DNA of 63,534 nt, filler included, from Rhabdomonas costata (lineage: Eukaryota): the NCBI GenBank assembly GCA_019059605.1. It is 56 parts of 56 records of this genome, joined end to end, with 100 filler letters (N's around TTAATTAATTAA, not from the genome) between each part and the next. Parts side by side here need not be neighbours in the genome. Positions count along the whole stretch, not along the records: positions 1 to 1,038 come from JAHMHO010032129.1; positions 1,139 to 2,175 come from JAHMHO010032130.1; positions 2,276 to 3,312 come from JAHMHO010032131.1; positions 3,413 to 4,449 come from JAHMHO010032132.1; positions 4,550 to 5,586 come from JAHMHO010032133.1; positions 5,687 to 6,723 come from JAHMHO010032134.1; positions 6,824 to 7,860 come from JAHMHO010032135.1; positions 7,961 to 8,997 come from JAHMHO010032136.1; 48 more parts are not named here. One strand, given 5' to 3'. Below, piece after piece: positions 1 to 11,859 of this stretch (position 1 is the stretch's first letter; every line of letters starts with the position of its first letter). The notes under the pieces are model-generated. The model saw only the letters and a program-made list of their open reading frames with translations. It was not told where the DNA came from and did not search any database. A program made the position numbers and the translations under genes.

Positions 1-1038
1 GGTGGTTGGGACATTCTCTGTTTTAAGCTACAATGTTTTTTTGAAGCAAACACGATCGAAATCAAACGGGTGAGACTACACTGGGCAAATGGGGCTGCGT
101 CAAAGTGATCTTGAGGGTGGGTGCGGTTGGGGAGGCGAAAAATGCAGGATATGGAAATAGGCAAAATTCTGCTCGACCGATGTCCCCTTTCTTCACTAGG
201 GGTTTGGTGAGGCTCTGCGTCTCGAGGGATTTGATGTGTATGTGTTGTGGCGGAGAGGTGAGGTTAGTGCAGAGGATGGACTCTCAGGTGGTCTCGCGGC
301 TGAGTGCCAAACAGTGCAGTTGGACAGGGACAGGGATGGTGTGGATTGTTCACGGAAAATAGGACTAGCGAGAGGGCGTAAAATGAAAGGTGTCTGTCAC
401 ACTTGATCTTTGTCGCCCGGGAAACCTTGCGAACCTGAGCCTTGGCCACCCACTGCGCAACATCAAAGGCTCCAGCGTCTTCCCTGGGAAGAGGAATTTC
501 ATCACCAAAACACTCACAATAGGACGGAAAAAAGCAAAAAAAAAAAAAAAGCGGCACCCAAATGCATCTAAACGACGAAAAAGCCGCAGTTCGACGATTT
601 TTGGTCTGCCACTTGGGATTTCTTCCGAAATTCAGGGCCTCCAACCCGCAGCCTTGCAGACCTCTAGGATGAGTGACCCTTGCGACAGGATATGGTGTCT
701 GTGTGCAAGAGCCTGGGTCGCTGAAGTATGCCAATTGGAAACGTGCTCTGTAAAACCACAGCGTCGCATCTGCCTGATCAACACCACAAGCCCCGAATGT
801 CCGCGAGCAAATCGATCCTTATCAGACTGAAACGAAGAGGTGTCACTGCACAATCCTTTATGGTAAATAAAATAAACCATTAAGCACCAACGGAATGGAA
901 ACGTCCACAAGCGCTGGGATATTTCTGAGCTGGGGATGTGGGATTCTACTGAGGAGGTGAGCAAAAGGGCACAACATCACCTGGAGCCCAGCTCCTCGCC
1001 CCCTCCCATGGTTCGCGCTGTGGGGCAGACAACAACCC

Positions 1039-1138
1039 NNNNNNNNNNNNNNNNNNNNNNNNNNNNNNNNNNNNNNNNNNNNTTAATTAATTAANNNNNN
1101 NNNNNNNNNNNNNNNNNNNNNNNNNNNNNNNNNNNNNN
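1039..1138. other. Artificial contig spacer N44-TTAATTAATTAA-N44 (first of about 55, one every ~1.14 kb)
   Basis: Identical 100-nt linker with stops in all six frames; contigs of near-equal length, as in a size-sorted concatenation. Confidence 0.99.
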
Positions 1139-2637
1139 ATTACTGATTTAGTTATCCATTGGACCTAGTTCACATTGCTTCGTAGATGCGCGGAGGAAGT
1201 AAAGTATTTAATATCAAGCGAACTTGGATGCACGCATGAGTTTCTCTGTTCAATGAGGCGTGTTTGTATTGGTGTTTGTGCTGAATCTTACAACGGCTCA
1301 GGTTCATATGCCTTTGAACTATATCACGAGCGAGAAGAAATCGAGAATATTACTGGTATCTGCTCCGCATTTTAATCAGATGTCTGGACAGTTTTAGTTT
1401 TTGAAACGACGCATAGCAATTCTGGTGATTTATTTGCCGAGTTTAAGTGAATTATCCATCCACTCATGTAAGTGTAAGGATTCTATGCACACACGTTCAT
1501 TAGTTTACATCATGTATTGTTTTGATAAAGTGTAAAGAAGACCAGAGCCGTAAATAGTGTCCTAAAGAGAGTTTAAAACGTCATCTGTAATCACACTTGA
1601 TCATCTGGATGAGAGTTGAATGTTGAAAGGAAGTTTTTATTTAACTCGACTAATTAGAGCATCATCAAGAATCCAGTCTTTTCATGTGCGGATAAGGAGT
1701 GACCACACGTAACACCTCTGTGTTTTTCCTAACGCGCGCAGAATACTTGAGCACTATTGTTTTTATTTTCTTCATCCCAGAAATTGCGTCTACTTGGGTG
1801 TGCTACTACAGCCTGGCTTTATAGTCTGATAGATTAAAAATATTGGCCAGGTATGTGAACGCTTCAAAGTGCAAAAAAAATGTTTGAATGACTAAGATCA
1901 ACTGATGGAATGTGATCTCTGCAAATACACTGGTTTGCTGTGCAAACTTTCGTTTCGCACATGACACCAAAATCTTGACGTGACAAGTTACACAAAACAA
2001 ATCAAATTATTTGGGAGTGCTGTAAAAGTTGTTCCAAGCAGTGAAGTCGTGTGTAGCAAAGAATTTCAATGAATGAAGGCAGTTTATAAATGACGGAGAC
2101 TGCGCCTACAGCGTTTTAGAATGATGTTGTCAACTCCACCCACAGCAAACCTGGCACCTGTATAACAACCACAACNNNNNNNNNNNNNNNNNNNNNNNNN
2201 NNNNNNNNNNNNNNNNNNNTTAATTAATTAANNNNNNNNNNNNNNNNNNNNNNNNNNNNNNNNNNNNNNNNNNNNCATTGATCTGGGCATAAATAGCGCT
2301 GGTGTTTTGCGTGCCAGCTGTGCGGCTTATGGTTCCGAACCCGAAACACGTTAGTATCCAGACCCACCTTCACCCCGCAAACGCAAACTACACGGAAAAT
2401 GTGGAACGGCGCGCCTCGGTGCCCCGGTAAAACAGCAACACAGCAAATCGCGAAGTTAAAAAGCTACATACCCTTTATTACCCGTGATCAATTTCCGCCG
2501 CAACCAACGAGAGGTGATGCCACCAGGTCAACGCAAGGGGAAAACAGACTGGTTAGGATCGCAAACGCCAGGAATGTTATCACATTATCACATCCCTTGA
2601 AACTGGAGGCGCGGGGTGTTGACCGGTGCGGCCTGAC

Positions 2638-2863
2638 CTTGATGCTGAGGCATTTCACTAGCAGAGTTTCCGCCGCAGGCACCAAAGCATTCTCCGGAGC
2701 ATCCAATTTCAGACTCGAAATCCCGAGCATCTTCTGAAAAATACAGGTAGTGTGGAATGGATGAAACTGAAAATTGCCGCACCTGCTTCATAGGGCGGTT
2801 GCGGGCAACACATTGCAAGCAGACCAGCTCCAGACCATAGGGCGCAAGTTTCGCTGCCAACAT
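2638..2863 (-). CDS. Two exons (2783-2863, 2638-2733) of an unidentified protein
   Basis: TTTCAG acceptors, GTGCGG and GTCAGG donors, 49-nt intron; two frames stay open across the splice. Confidence 0.45.
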
Positions 2864-3557
2864 CTGAAAGCTCCCGTGGGGCTCGCTCCCCTCGTGCTCC
2901 GGGGGAACGGTTTTGCCTGATCGACCTTGCTGACATCCGCAGTCACAGCTGCTTTATCGACTCCTCAACCCACATGTGGCAGGGTGGGCTAAGGGCTTTT
3001 TTGCAACAAAATAAGGGAGGCGGAGGGTCAATCCCTTTTTTGTTGTTTCACCTGTCCCCTGTAAAACAAGATACGAATAACAGAAATTGCAGTGAGGGGA
3101 CTACTTGGTATGACTTTTTTCACTGGAAAAAAAAACAGTGGGGTGGATATTCCCAATTAACAACTGGAGCGGAGGCTTGGCGAACGACGCCTTGTTCTCG
3201 GAAAAACCGGGGCTTCCTCTGCTCCCGCTGGTTGGCGAACGACGCCTTGCCTTGCAAAAGGGGCGCAAAGCGGGCAGGGCGTAGGTCGTGACGGTTACAC
3301 AGTGGTTTTTTTNNNNNNNNNNNNNNNNNNNNNNNNNNNNNNNNNNNNNNNNNNNNTTAATTAATTAANNNNNNNNNNNNNNNNNNNNNNNNNNNNNNNN
3401 NNNNNNNNNNNNTTTTGTTTGTCTGAGAAAGGAGCCAACCCCATGGAGAACGGGGTGCATCATACATGACAGGAGCACCACCCGCTCAATAAACCCAAGT
3501 TGTTGGCTCCTTTCTCAGACAAGCAAGACGGCCGCTCTGTTAGCGCTGCAGGTACAC

Positions 3558-3644
3558 CTGTCCCTTATATGGAGTGATCACCGTGATCTGGGAGCGGTCC
3601 AGCCCACCCACGCGGAGCAGATAGGAGGCCAGCTCGAAGGTCAT
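3558..3644 (-). CDS. Exon of a UPF1-like SF1 helicase (AAA_12 domain; ZNFX1/senataxin-like)
   Basis: CAG|MTFELASYLLRVGGLDRSQITVITPYKGQ|GT; the ITPYxxQ motif is typical of UPF1-like helicases. Confidence 0.75.
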
Positions 3645-4724
3645 CTGCACCTCTGTTGGCAAGGCAGGAAAAAGGAAGGTGATAACGATGAAACCTAAGG
3701 TGGGTTTTCGCAAAAGGCTGCTGACGTCATCGATGTGGAACTTGGCATGTAAAGGATGGGGTAAGGCAGGTGCGTGGGGCGAGGATGGTCAACAAGAAAG
3801 TTCGGCTTCGAATTTTGGTCCTAAACAACAGTCAGCCCTATTCTTGGGCGATATGTCTTGAGAAGATGCGATTGGAGGTCGGCGAGGGACGGAACGGGCC
3901 CGAAATAAATGTCAAATACTTTTGAGCCAGTAATTGACGAGAGAGCTGAGAGTCGAGAGAAGTAGATAGCCACACAAATACAGGGTGCAAGTTTTGCAGA
4001 CCCACCGCAACCACCGCAACCACACAAAGCAGTGAAAACTACTACGGACCTGCGACATTCATCATACTTAGCCCGACATCGCTCTTGGACTCGGGGTGGT
4101 CGTGTTCCCAGAAGAAAATGCTTCGGGCCATCCCTGTGATCGTCTCCCCCGTGTCCAGCAGCTTGGGGCCACTGAATCAAGAACCGGCGAACTGAAACGA
4201 GAGTTGTCCCAACTACTCTTTCTGCACACCAGCCCCCACTGGAAAGAAGATTGATGATTTCCAGCTTCAAGGACTTGTCACCATTGGCAGGAGTCTAAGG
4301 CGTCCCTCTCCTCTCTCTTCCCCCCAGTGAAAGTTCCACGAACCCACTTGGCCATTGCCTTCTGAGCACAGGGTTTCTTACGTCGATTCACCGGGCATTC
4401 CATCTGGGTCGACGCTCTAATCTCAAATACGTTCACCAACCCCACCATCNNNNNNNNNNNNNNNNNNNNNNNNNNNNNNNNNNNNNNNNNNNNTTAATTA
4501 ATTAANNNNNNNNNNNNNNNNNNNNNNNNNNNNNNNNNNNNNNNNNNNNTGTGTGGTCCGGGGGGAGACTCCGTCCCCCCCCGCAACTTACCTACGGTTA
4601 GGGAGTGTTCTCCTGCTCTTTTACAGCCATGTTCCCTGCTATGTTGCATCCATGATGGCTACTTCCAGGGACTCTTGGTGTGTTTCGTGATCTTCCTTAT
4701 GGCCGGTCATTTGGGATTATGCCT

Positions 4725-4980
4725 TTTATATATCATATATCATATTGATGATGATATATATGATATATGATATCTATATTTCTTTTTGATATATATCATA
4801 TTATGATATTATCATATATATGATAATATGATATTAATGATATTATCATATATATAATATTATATAATAATAATATGTATTATCATATCGTATATATATG
4901 ATATCAAAAAAATATATCTATATCAAATCATATATATATTACATCTTACATTGTAATATTTAGATTACATTGTAGATTAA
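4725..4980. repeat. Extremely AT-rich low-complexity tract with imperfect fold-back symmetry
   Basis: TA/ATG/CAT-rich; ATATTTCTTTTTGATAT is mirrored by ATATCAAAAAAATAT. Confidence 0.8.
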
Positions 4981-4989
4981 AGAAGTATA

Positions 4990-5062
4990 GTAAGTTGGGA
5001 GCACCATCCCAGTTTTACGAAGCCTGCGGCTTCGGAAAACTAGGACGTTGCGCCCAACTTAC
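4990..5062. repeat. Imperfect palindrome (35-bp stem, 5 mismatches, 3-nt loop)
   Basis: GTAAGTTGGG...CGAAGCC-TGC-GGCTTCG...CCCAACTTAC. Confidence 0.85.
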
Positions 5063-5151
5063 GTTCACTTTCATTCGCCGCCATGCCGCCATTAGTCTAT
5101 CTGTTTTGAGAAAGAGCCGCTAAACTGACTGCTCTGTACAAGTTAAATATT

Positions 5152-5390
5152 ACCCAGCCCATCCATAATATCCAGCACATGATACCACCCAGTCCAGACA
5201 TAATACCCAGCACATGATACCACCCAGTCCATTCATAATATCTAGCACATAATACCACCCAACCCATCCATAATCTCTAGCGCATAATACCACCAGTCCA
5301 GACATAATACCAAGCGCATAATACCACCCAGTCCGTTCATAATATCCAGCGCACATCACTACCCAGTCCAGCCATAATCTATAGTGCATA
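5152..5390. repeat. Tandem repeat, ~35-bp unit, about 7 copies
   Basis: ACCCAGYCCAKMCATAATAYCYAGCRCATRATACC-like units head to tail. Confidence 0.9.
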
Positions 5391-5453
5391 CTAGGTTATT
5401 TTTGTATAATTTATTAAAAAAATTATATAATAATTATATAATTTTTATTCTGT

Positions 5454-5535
5454 TTTAATCTCTGTTTCTTCAAGCGGTGCTTTAATATCTGTTTCTTCAA
5501 GCGGTGCTTTAATATCTTTTTCTTCAAGCGGTGCT
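5454..5535. repeat. Tandem repeat, 27-bp unit, 3 copies
   Basis: TTTAATATCTGTTTCTTCAAGCGGTGC. Confidence 0.9.
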
Positions 5536-5686
5536 GTACATACACCATCATACATAATGCGCCGTTTATTATATTTAGCACAAACCNNNNNNNNNNNNNN
5601 NNNNNNNNNNNNNNNNNNNNNNNNNNNNNNTTAATTAATTAANNNNNNNNNNNNNNNNNNNNNNNNNNNNNNNNNNNNNNNNNNNN

Positions 5687-6723
5687 TGTTGGTGGTTTGG
5701 CCCGCGGCGCCAACCTCGGCACGGGTTCCTCATCGCGGCGGAGGAGCGGCTCCACAGGGCTGCTGCAGGGCTGCGGCAGCTGCGCGGGGCCAGGCGATGG
5801 CGGTGGTGGGGTGCATGTGCGAGCGGGTGCATCCTTGGTAGCTGTGCTGCCGTGGCCACACAGGAGCCGCAGCAGCACACTGACCTCGCTATTCTCCGCA
5901 AGCGAGTAGGCGGAAAGCATCTCGCCTGGGTGTAGCTGTTAGATGCCGAAGATAAGCCGCTGCTGTTCGGCGGGGATGCCCTTTCGGTTGTTGATCAGCT
6001 GCATCAGCTCGCGTACGGGCGTGGTCGGTGGAAGCCGCAATGCGATCGTCTTTCCCGTGAAGAGCTTTACGAAGAATTGAATACTCGCTGGTGTGGGTTC
6101 CACCGTGCAGAGGGCTGCAAATGGAAGACCATGGGGACTGTCGATTGCAGCATGCCGAGCAAGTTGGTAGGCTGCCCGGAGAACAATCGCGCAGGAAAGT
6201 GTGCTCTAGATAGAGCGAGACACCTCTTCACGGGTCAGTGGAGCGAACGAGGACGCCTGGCGCGATATTACCGCTGAAATAAAGTTCCTGGCGTCGCACC
6301 GGAGAGCGCAGAAGGTATCGCCAACAAAGTGAAGGTATCCCCATCCCGCCGATTGGCAGAGGTCGCGGGAAATGCGGACTTTCCGTAGCGCCGAGGAGTC
6401 CACCAGGAGTTGGTCTGGGGGCAGTTTATTCCAGGGGCAGACTGGTGTGACAATCGTGACGTCAATAGCCAGATGGCGGCCTTTGTAATTTCCCACAAGT
6501 ATGTACGCTGGTACCCGGTCTGTCACCCAGGCGGTGATTGCTCTGTCTTGACTGCAAAGCCAGCTTTGAGGAGGATCTGGACCAGGGCTTCCTTGAGAGC
6601 CGTGTGACTCCGTCCAATGGTTCCAGTTTTCTGGCAGCATACTGCGTGGATTCCACGAGCGTCTGCGGTTCGTCCACAGTCTGGACAACGGTACGGCTCC
6701 GCACGTAGCGGAATGCCAAGTAC
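5687..6723 (-). mobile_element. Decayed CRE-clade (RLE-type) non-LTR retrotransposon, C-terminal region: CCHC knuckle, restriction-like endonuclease, then an in-frame ubiquitin-like domain
   Basis: CPDCGRTADARGIHAVCC, RSH, frameshift near 6523, RVPAYILV (RPAD-like), LAIDVTIV, FVGDTF, SI*STLSCAIVLRAA; no introns. Confidence 0.8.
5855..6082 (-). pseudogene. Ubiquitin-like domain, 76 codons, TAA at the Lys48-equivalent codon
   Basis: IQFFVKLFTGKTIAL...GIPAEQQRLIFGI*QL...LLRLLCG; gap-free against ubiquitin, 32/76 identities by manual count. Confidence 0.9.
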
Positions 6724-8839
6724 NNNNNNNNNNNNNNNNNNNNNNNNNNNNNNNNNNNNNNNNNNNNTTAATTAATTAANNNNNNNNNNNNNNNNNNNNN
6801 NNNNNNNNNNNNNNNNNNNNNNNTTTGTTGTGGGATGTGTGGTCTGATTGTATGGCCTCTTCAAGGGCCAAACGCACGCCTTTTATGGGCGTTTTCCTCG
6901 TTTTTTTTCTGGGGGGGGTTGTCTTGTTGGAGGAAATCGAGGGAAAATGGGCATTGCTGGTTAGCCGGACAAGTCAGCCGAAAAGATGAGGAAGATTAGG
7001 AAGAAATCACATCAATTTGGGAGGACACCTGCGTACCTTTCGATTGCCGTAGGCTCGTCGACCACCTCATCATCGTCTGTTCCGCTGCTGGTCTGCAAAT
7101 GAACAGCATCCCCGAAGAAGGGTGTGGAAACTCGAAAACAATCACACACTTCAGAAAGCACAGATTGCAACTCCACTTTTCCCCACCTTTTCTCTGTCGC
7201 AGATTTTTGGAACTACTTTGCGACTGCAAAGGTGCCGCGCGGTGCCGGCTCACCACATAACAGGCCAGTATGACCCGAGGGTCCCAGGGTTGAGGGAACA
7301 GTCCGCTCTGCTTGTCGCTACCTCCCTCCCTCCCAGACGCCCAACACAGGGGCGCGAAATTCACCATCCCAAGGGTGCGCTGAGGTTTCCATCCCTTCAG
7401 ACTGTTCTGGCAGGCTATGAGTGAACCATGCTTTGGAGGAGGAGAAGAAGAGAGCATAAGGAGATAAATTCACCTGTTCGGGTTTTGGAGTCGTCGAGGA
7501 AGAACGCATCTGCTTCTGCTTCTGCTTCTTTCGTCTCTTCTTGCTGGATTTGCTGCTGGACAACGTCCTCAGCCCATTTGAGGTCGGTTCGACACTCGCT
7601 AAACACGCGCATAACAGGCAGCTTCCCACAACTCATACCCCACGAACGGACAAAGGGAACTGAACCAATGCAAAAACAGCAGCATTGTTCACAAAAGGCA
7701 GAATAAGAGGAAGACAGGAAACAAGAAGCTGCGGTGCAGCCCCCATTTGGGATGCAACCAGCGTTGCTTCTCCAAACAAGAAAAGGGACCCGGAGAGCGA
7801 TGGTGAGCCATGAAAATCAGCAGGCGATCAGGAATATTAACACGTCAAATCAAAACAAAANNNNNNNNNNNNNNNNNNNNNNNNNNNNNNNNNNNNNNNN
7901 NNNNTTAATTAATTAANNNNNNNNNNNNNNNNNNNNNNNNNNNNNNNNNNNNNNNNNNNNCACATAAGGACAGAATGGCATTGCTTCTGGTGAACGCTAA
8001 TTATTCAAAGAAGAAATGCCCACCACAGTTCAGTGAATAGTGCAGCAGCAAGATGAACCTACAAACCGGTTTCTCTCCTTCCAGAACACAAAATACACGT
8101 GGGCGTCCTATTTTGTTTTTTTGTGTTATTTTGTCGCCCCATCTGTCCACCTCTTTTCTTCTCCCCCTCTATATCTTACCTTCTGGCCCTTGCCCATTTC
8201 AATATTAGGGTGTGTTTTTTTCTTCCAAAAAGCAAAATGTTCTTCTTTGTTTGCTTCTGTTCCTTCCCCACGCCACTCACGTCACTCACGCCTTTCCAGG
8301 ACCTGTTCAGTGGCAGTGTCTCGGCGATTCTGGTTTCCGATTACCGCATGGACGGCCGCGAGCAGGTGCGTGATTGTTTTTTCTTGGCTAAGAGTACTGT
8401 GTGTGGCAAGTGCCCTCACACCTGAAATATTTGCCGTGCTTTCTTGAGATGGGGTGCGTTGGATTCCGGACTTGTCTCTTCATGAACGAGAAGCAGGGAA
8501 CGGGATTAGCTCTCCAGCTTCCACTTGTTGCTGTAGTCTCCACATCGCTGCCATGTATCCTGCAATTTTCAATTAATCAAATGTTCCTTGGAAAAAAGTG
8601 GAGAAAAAAGATTCGGAACATCTGGCCAAGTTCTGAAATTCTGAAACACGAATTGAAACATGGCACATTCGACACGCCGTCCTCAGAGTTATCTCGCTTC
8701 TCAGGGACCGTTATGGCCTTTTTTTCCGCGAGTTCTACCAATATCTCCGGGTTCCAAACATTCAGACCTGCTGTTCCAAATAATTGGCACCAGAGTGCAA
8801 GAATTTCGAAGTGAGCCAAAGTCAAAGCGGCACAGGTGC

Positions 8840-8990
8840 CTTGGTGGACTGCGCGATGAGGGCCATGTCGTGCTCGCCCTTGCGGCTGCGGTCGAGGTTC
8901 TCCTCGTACTTCTTGATCTGCAGGGTGAGGTCCTGCTTCTCCTGCAGCAGCTTCTTCATCATCTCGTCGCACAGCGCCTCCTGGGCCCCC
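8840..8990 (-). CDS. Exon of a coiled-coil protein (unidentified)
   Basis: GC3-rich codons, AQEALCDEMMKKLLQEKQDLTLQIKKYEENLDRSRKGEHDMALIAQSTK; 3' boundary ambiguous. Confidence 0.6.
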
Positions 8991-9119
8991 ACCCAACNNN
9001 NNNNNNNNNNNNNNNNNNNNNNNNNNNNNNNNNNNNNNNNNTTAATTAATTAANNNNNNNNNNNNNNNNNNNNNNNNNNNNNNNNNNNNNNNNNNNNTTG
9101 TGTGTGGGTGGGAACGCAC

Positions 9120-10007
9120 CGATGAACTCCAGCCGAACTGAGAGCCAGCAGGATGCGCCTTGGCTGGTGAAGAAGGCCGTCTGGTTGGTGTCCAGCAGGG
9201 TCAGGTTTTTGGCCCTAAACTCCCACCACCCACGAAAGGGTGCGCCACTCGGGCACCAGAGGCAGGGAAGAAAGCAAAGCTCACATTGCACAAAGGGCTC
9301 AATTCAGACTAAACACAGCAAACGACGAGGCACACAAGCAAATGGCTTCGCGCAACGCTACTGATGGTGGGTTCAGTCAGTGGGTCATTGAGAAGATATA
9401 CTTCTCGACATATCCAGGATCGAGGAAATGTGCTGGAGACAGCCAGCATTTCTAAAAGCTATCCAGGATTCGTTCCACACCTATCCCCTACGCTCGCACA
9501 CTAGGCTTTATCGTGGCATCCGCTGAGAGGGTTCCAGACACACACAAAGGGTTGGTCTTGGCCCCCAGACAAGGGGATATGCATACCAACCCATTCACAC
9601 CTCCGGCTGGCGCCGTTCAAGCAGACCCTTGATAACAACTTGAAGGAAAGCCAACCTGGTGCGACGCACTTGCGCAAGACTGCCTTTTTGCGAAGACACA
9701 AAAACAACCACCTCAACAGGCTAATTTGCAAATAGCAACCTGCACACACACAGACATGCCCGCTCACACATGCACACCGGTAGCGGCCCTGGGCATTGAA
9801 GGCGCGGATGGTGGGAAGGCCGTGGAGGGTCTCCCCGAACAGCGCGTAGATCGGGCTGCGGCTGAGGCTGTCCAGGCGGCTGACCTCGCGGAAGGAGCGG
9901 ATGTAGTACCGCTGCGTCCGTACGTACACCACCGCGATGGGCACCAGGGCCAGCAAAGACAGCGGGGTCACCGCCACAATCGTCAGCATCACAGCAATGA
10001 TCCGGAC
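9120..10007 (-). CDS. ABCC/MRP transporter, second TMD; exons 9778-10007 and 9120-9214
   Basis: QRYYIRSFREVSRLDSLSRSPIYALFGETLHGLPTIRAF joins in phase to RAKNLTLLDTNQ...WLSVRLEFIG across a GT-AG intron. Confidence 0.92.
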
Positions 10008-11859
10008 CTATCCCCCATCCCGACACAGAGGCTAAGAAGGGGAAGTTCCACTTGAGTGGAAAGACGTTACTTGTCCAAAAGGACCACTCCACTTTGCCGC
10101 AGTTTTGTTACATAGAACAGAAGCAAACCAAAACNNNNNNNNNNNNNNNNNNNNNNNNNNNNNNNNNNNNNNNNNNNNTTAATTAATTAANNNNNNNNNN
10201 NNNNNNNNNNNNNNNNNNNNNNNNNNNNNNNNNNGGTTGTGGGGGCAAGAAGTTGAACTAAAGTCCAGCATTCCTATCCTAAATGACCGGAAACCAAAAC
10301 GAATGCTGGACTTTAGTTCAACTTCTTGCCCCCAAAAAACCTTACATTAAGAAACGTTGCTCAAGTTCTCCCATTCTTGGAATTCCCATAAGCTGTTCTT
10401 GCCCCTGTTTGCAAGTCAAAAGCGAGCCCAGTTGACTTGTGAATCGACGGTTTAGTATCAAGCACCTTGCGTCTAGGGCTTCAAACCGCACGTTCGTCAT
10501 TCATGTGTTGGACTCATAGGTTGCACAGTGAGAGCTGCACAAAAATGGAGCGCTGACTGAATTTATACGGTTGGTTGGCGGGAGTTTTAACGAACCATGG
10601 ACGCCTTGTGAAGTGGTGTTTTGTTTGGAGGCTGCCACTCGTGTGAGGGGAACGCACATTTCCCAGCTCGACCTCCGTGTCTACGCGGCCTTAGCGCTGA
10701 TACATGATTTCTTCATGGACGTCACTGGACGCACCTTATGGTGTGCAATTTTGGATTTTTCGAATTTCCAACTCAGTTTTCTGTTCCTGCATTGGGCGTT
10801 TGCACATGCATTTCCCTATCCCGTTAACCTGCTGGGCTACATACCTCAGTCCGACCTGTGATTACCTCCGTCACCATTCCCCGTCTGCTCTTTCCTCGTT
10901 TGCATGGGTTTCTTCAACAAATCTTCCTTGCATCCTCTCCTCTCTTCTTCGTAGTTACCCTTGGGAGCTAGTGTGGCACGAGTAACGCTTAGCTCACCAG
11001 TGCGCAAAGCCATCAATACGGATTCCGACCGTTTGAGCTGGTTCAGCAGTGCGGCTGCTTTTCCCTGTGAATTGGTGGTTTTCAAGGTGGTTCCGATTGG
11101 CGCTACTTTTGCTTCACCTGTGTAATGCCATCAACTCCCCCCCCCCAGCTTTTTTGTAGCTTCCTTTCCCTTGTGCACCTCAAATATCAAATGGGGATCG
11201 TGGTTAGGTTGTGCATGTTGTGCGCGCGCCTGCACTCACAGACGCGCGCACAACATGCACAACCCAACCAANNNNNNNNNNNNNNNNNNNNNNNNNNNNN
11301 NNNNNNNNNNNNNNNTTAATTAATTAANNNNNNNNNNNNNNNNNNNNNNNNNNNNNNNNNNNNNNNNNNNNGGGTTGTGGCCGCCAAAGTTGGTGGGGCT
11401 GACACAGCAAACAATCCAGCACTCCGGCTCACAGTCGCTGAACTTGACCCCACTACGAACACAGGTCGGTGGGGCACATTTACCGAGTCATCTTTATCTC
11501 CCGAAGTCAGAAACGCTGTGCTTCCAGAAAACGGGATATATCGGGAAAGAAACGGATAAAAAACAAGGGAGCAAAATCCGAAAACTTCCAGCCAGGCGCG
11601 GGGCAGATGGATTGGAAGAGGTGGGTGGGGTAAAAATCGAACCTGAACCTGACCTCTAAGGCTCTGAACAATACCTTGATTTTGAACCAAAGCAGTGAAA
11701 GTAGTTGGCCCCCCTCATTTTGGAACCACGGCTTGGTCTTCTTTCCCATCACCTCCCGCCCCATTCCCGTCGGCTTTCTCGTCTCAATAAAAACAGAAAT
11801 GGATGTAACCTATGGCCGTTGTATGGGTGAGGTTTATCTTTACCTTGGCCAATCTTCCA

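Noticed and set aside
1083-1094. Regularly spaced TTAATTAATTAA as a CRISPR-like or genomic repeat
   Set aside because: It is an assembly linker inside N runs; ORFs ending in X...LIN are artefacts.
1139-2175. Protein-like minus frame at ~1376-1590 with TAA/TAG, suggesting a TAR=Gln code
   Set aside because: The same frame contains many TGA codons on both sides and no recognisable motif; more likely decayed or non-coding AT-rich DNA.
3413-3526. 25-bp inverted repeat
   Set aside because: It starts at the contig edge and the outer mismatch is toward G/T primer sequence, as expected for a WGA fold-back.
5152-5390. 35-bp array as a CRISPR array
   Set aside because: Units are contiguous with no unique spacers; it is a minisatellite.
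5939-6208. In-frame TAA/TAG as stop-codon reassignment
   Set aside because: They align to different residues (Lys and Trp) and occur with a frameshift, which indicates ordinary decay.
8822-8840. GC or non-canonical donor after the coiled-coil exon
   Set aside because: A GT six nt downstream or a nearby in-frame TGA explains it equally well.
10235-10335. 32-bp inverted repeat
   Set aside because: Contig-terminal and primer-capped; likely a fold-back artefact.
11201-11271. Terminal hairpin
   Set aside because: It ends in an A/C primer scar at the contig end; likely an artefact.
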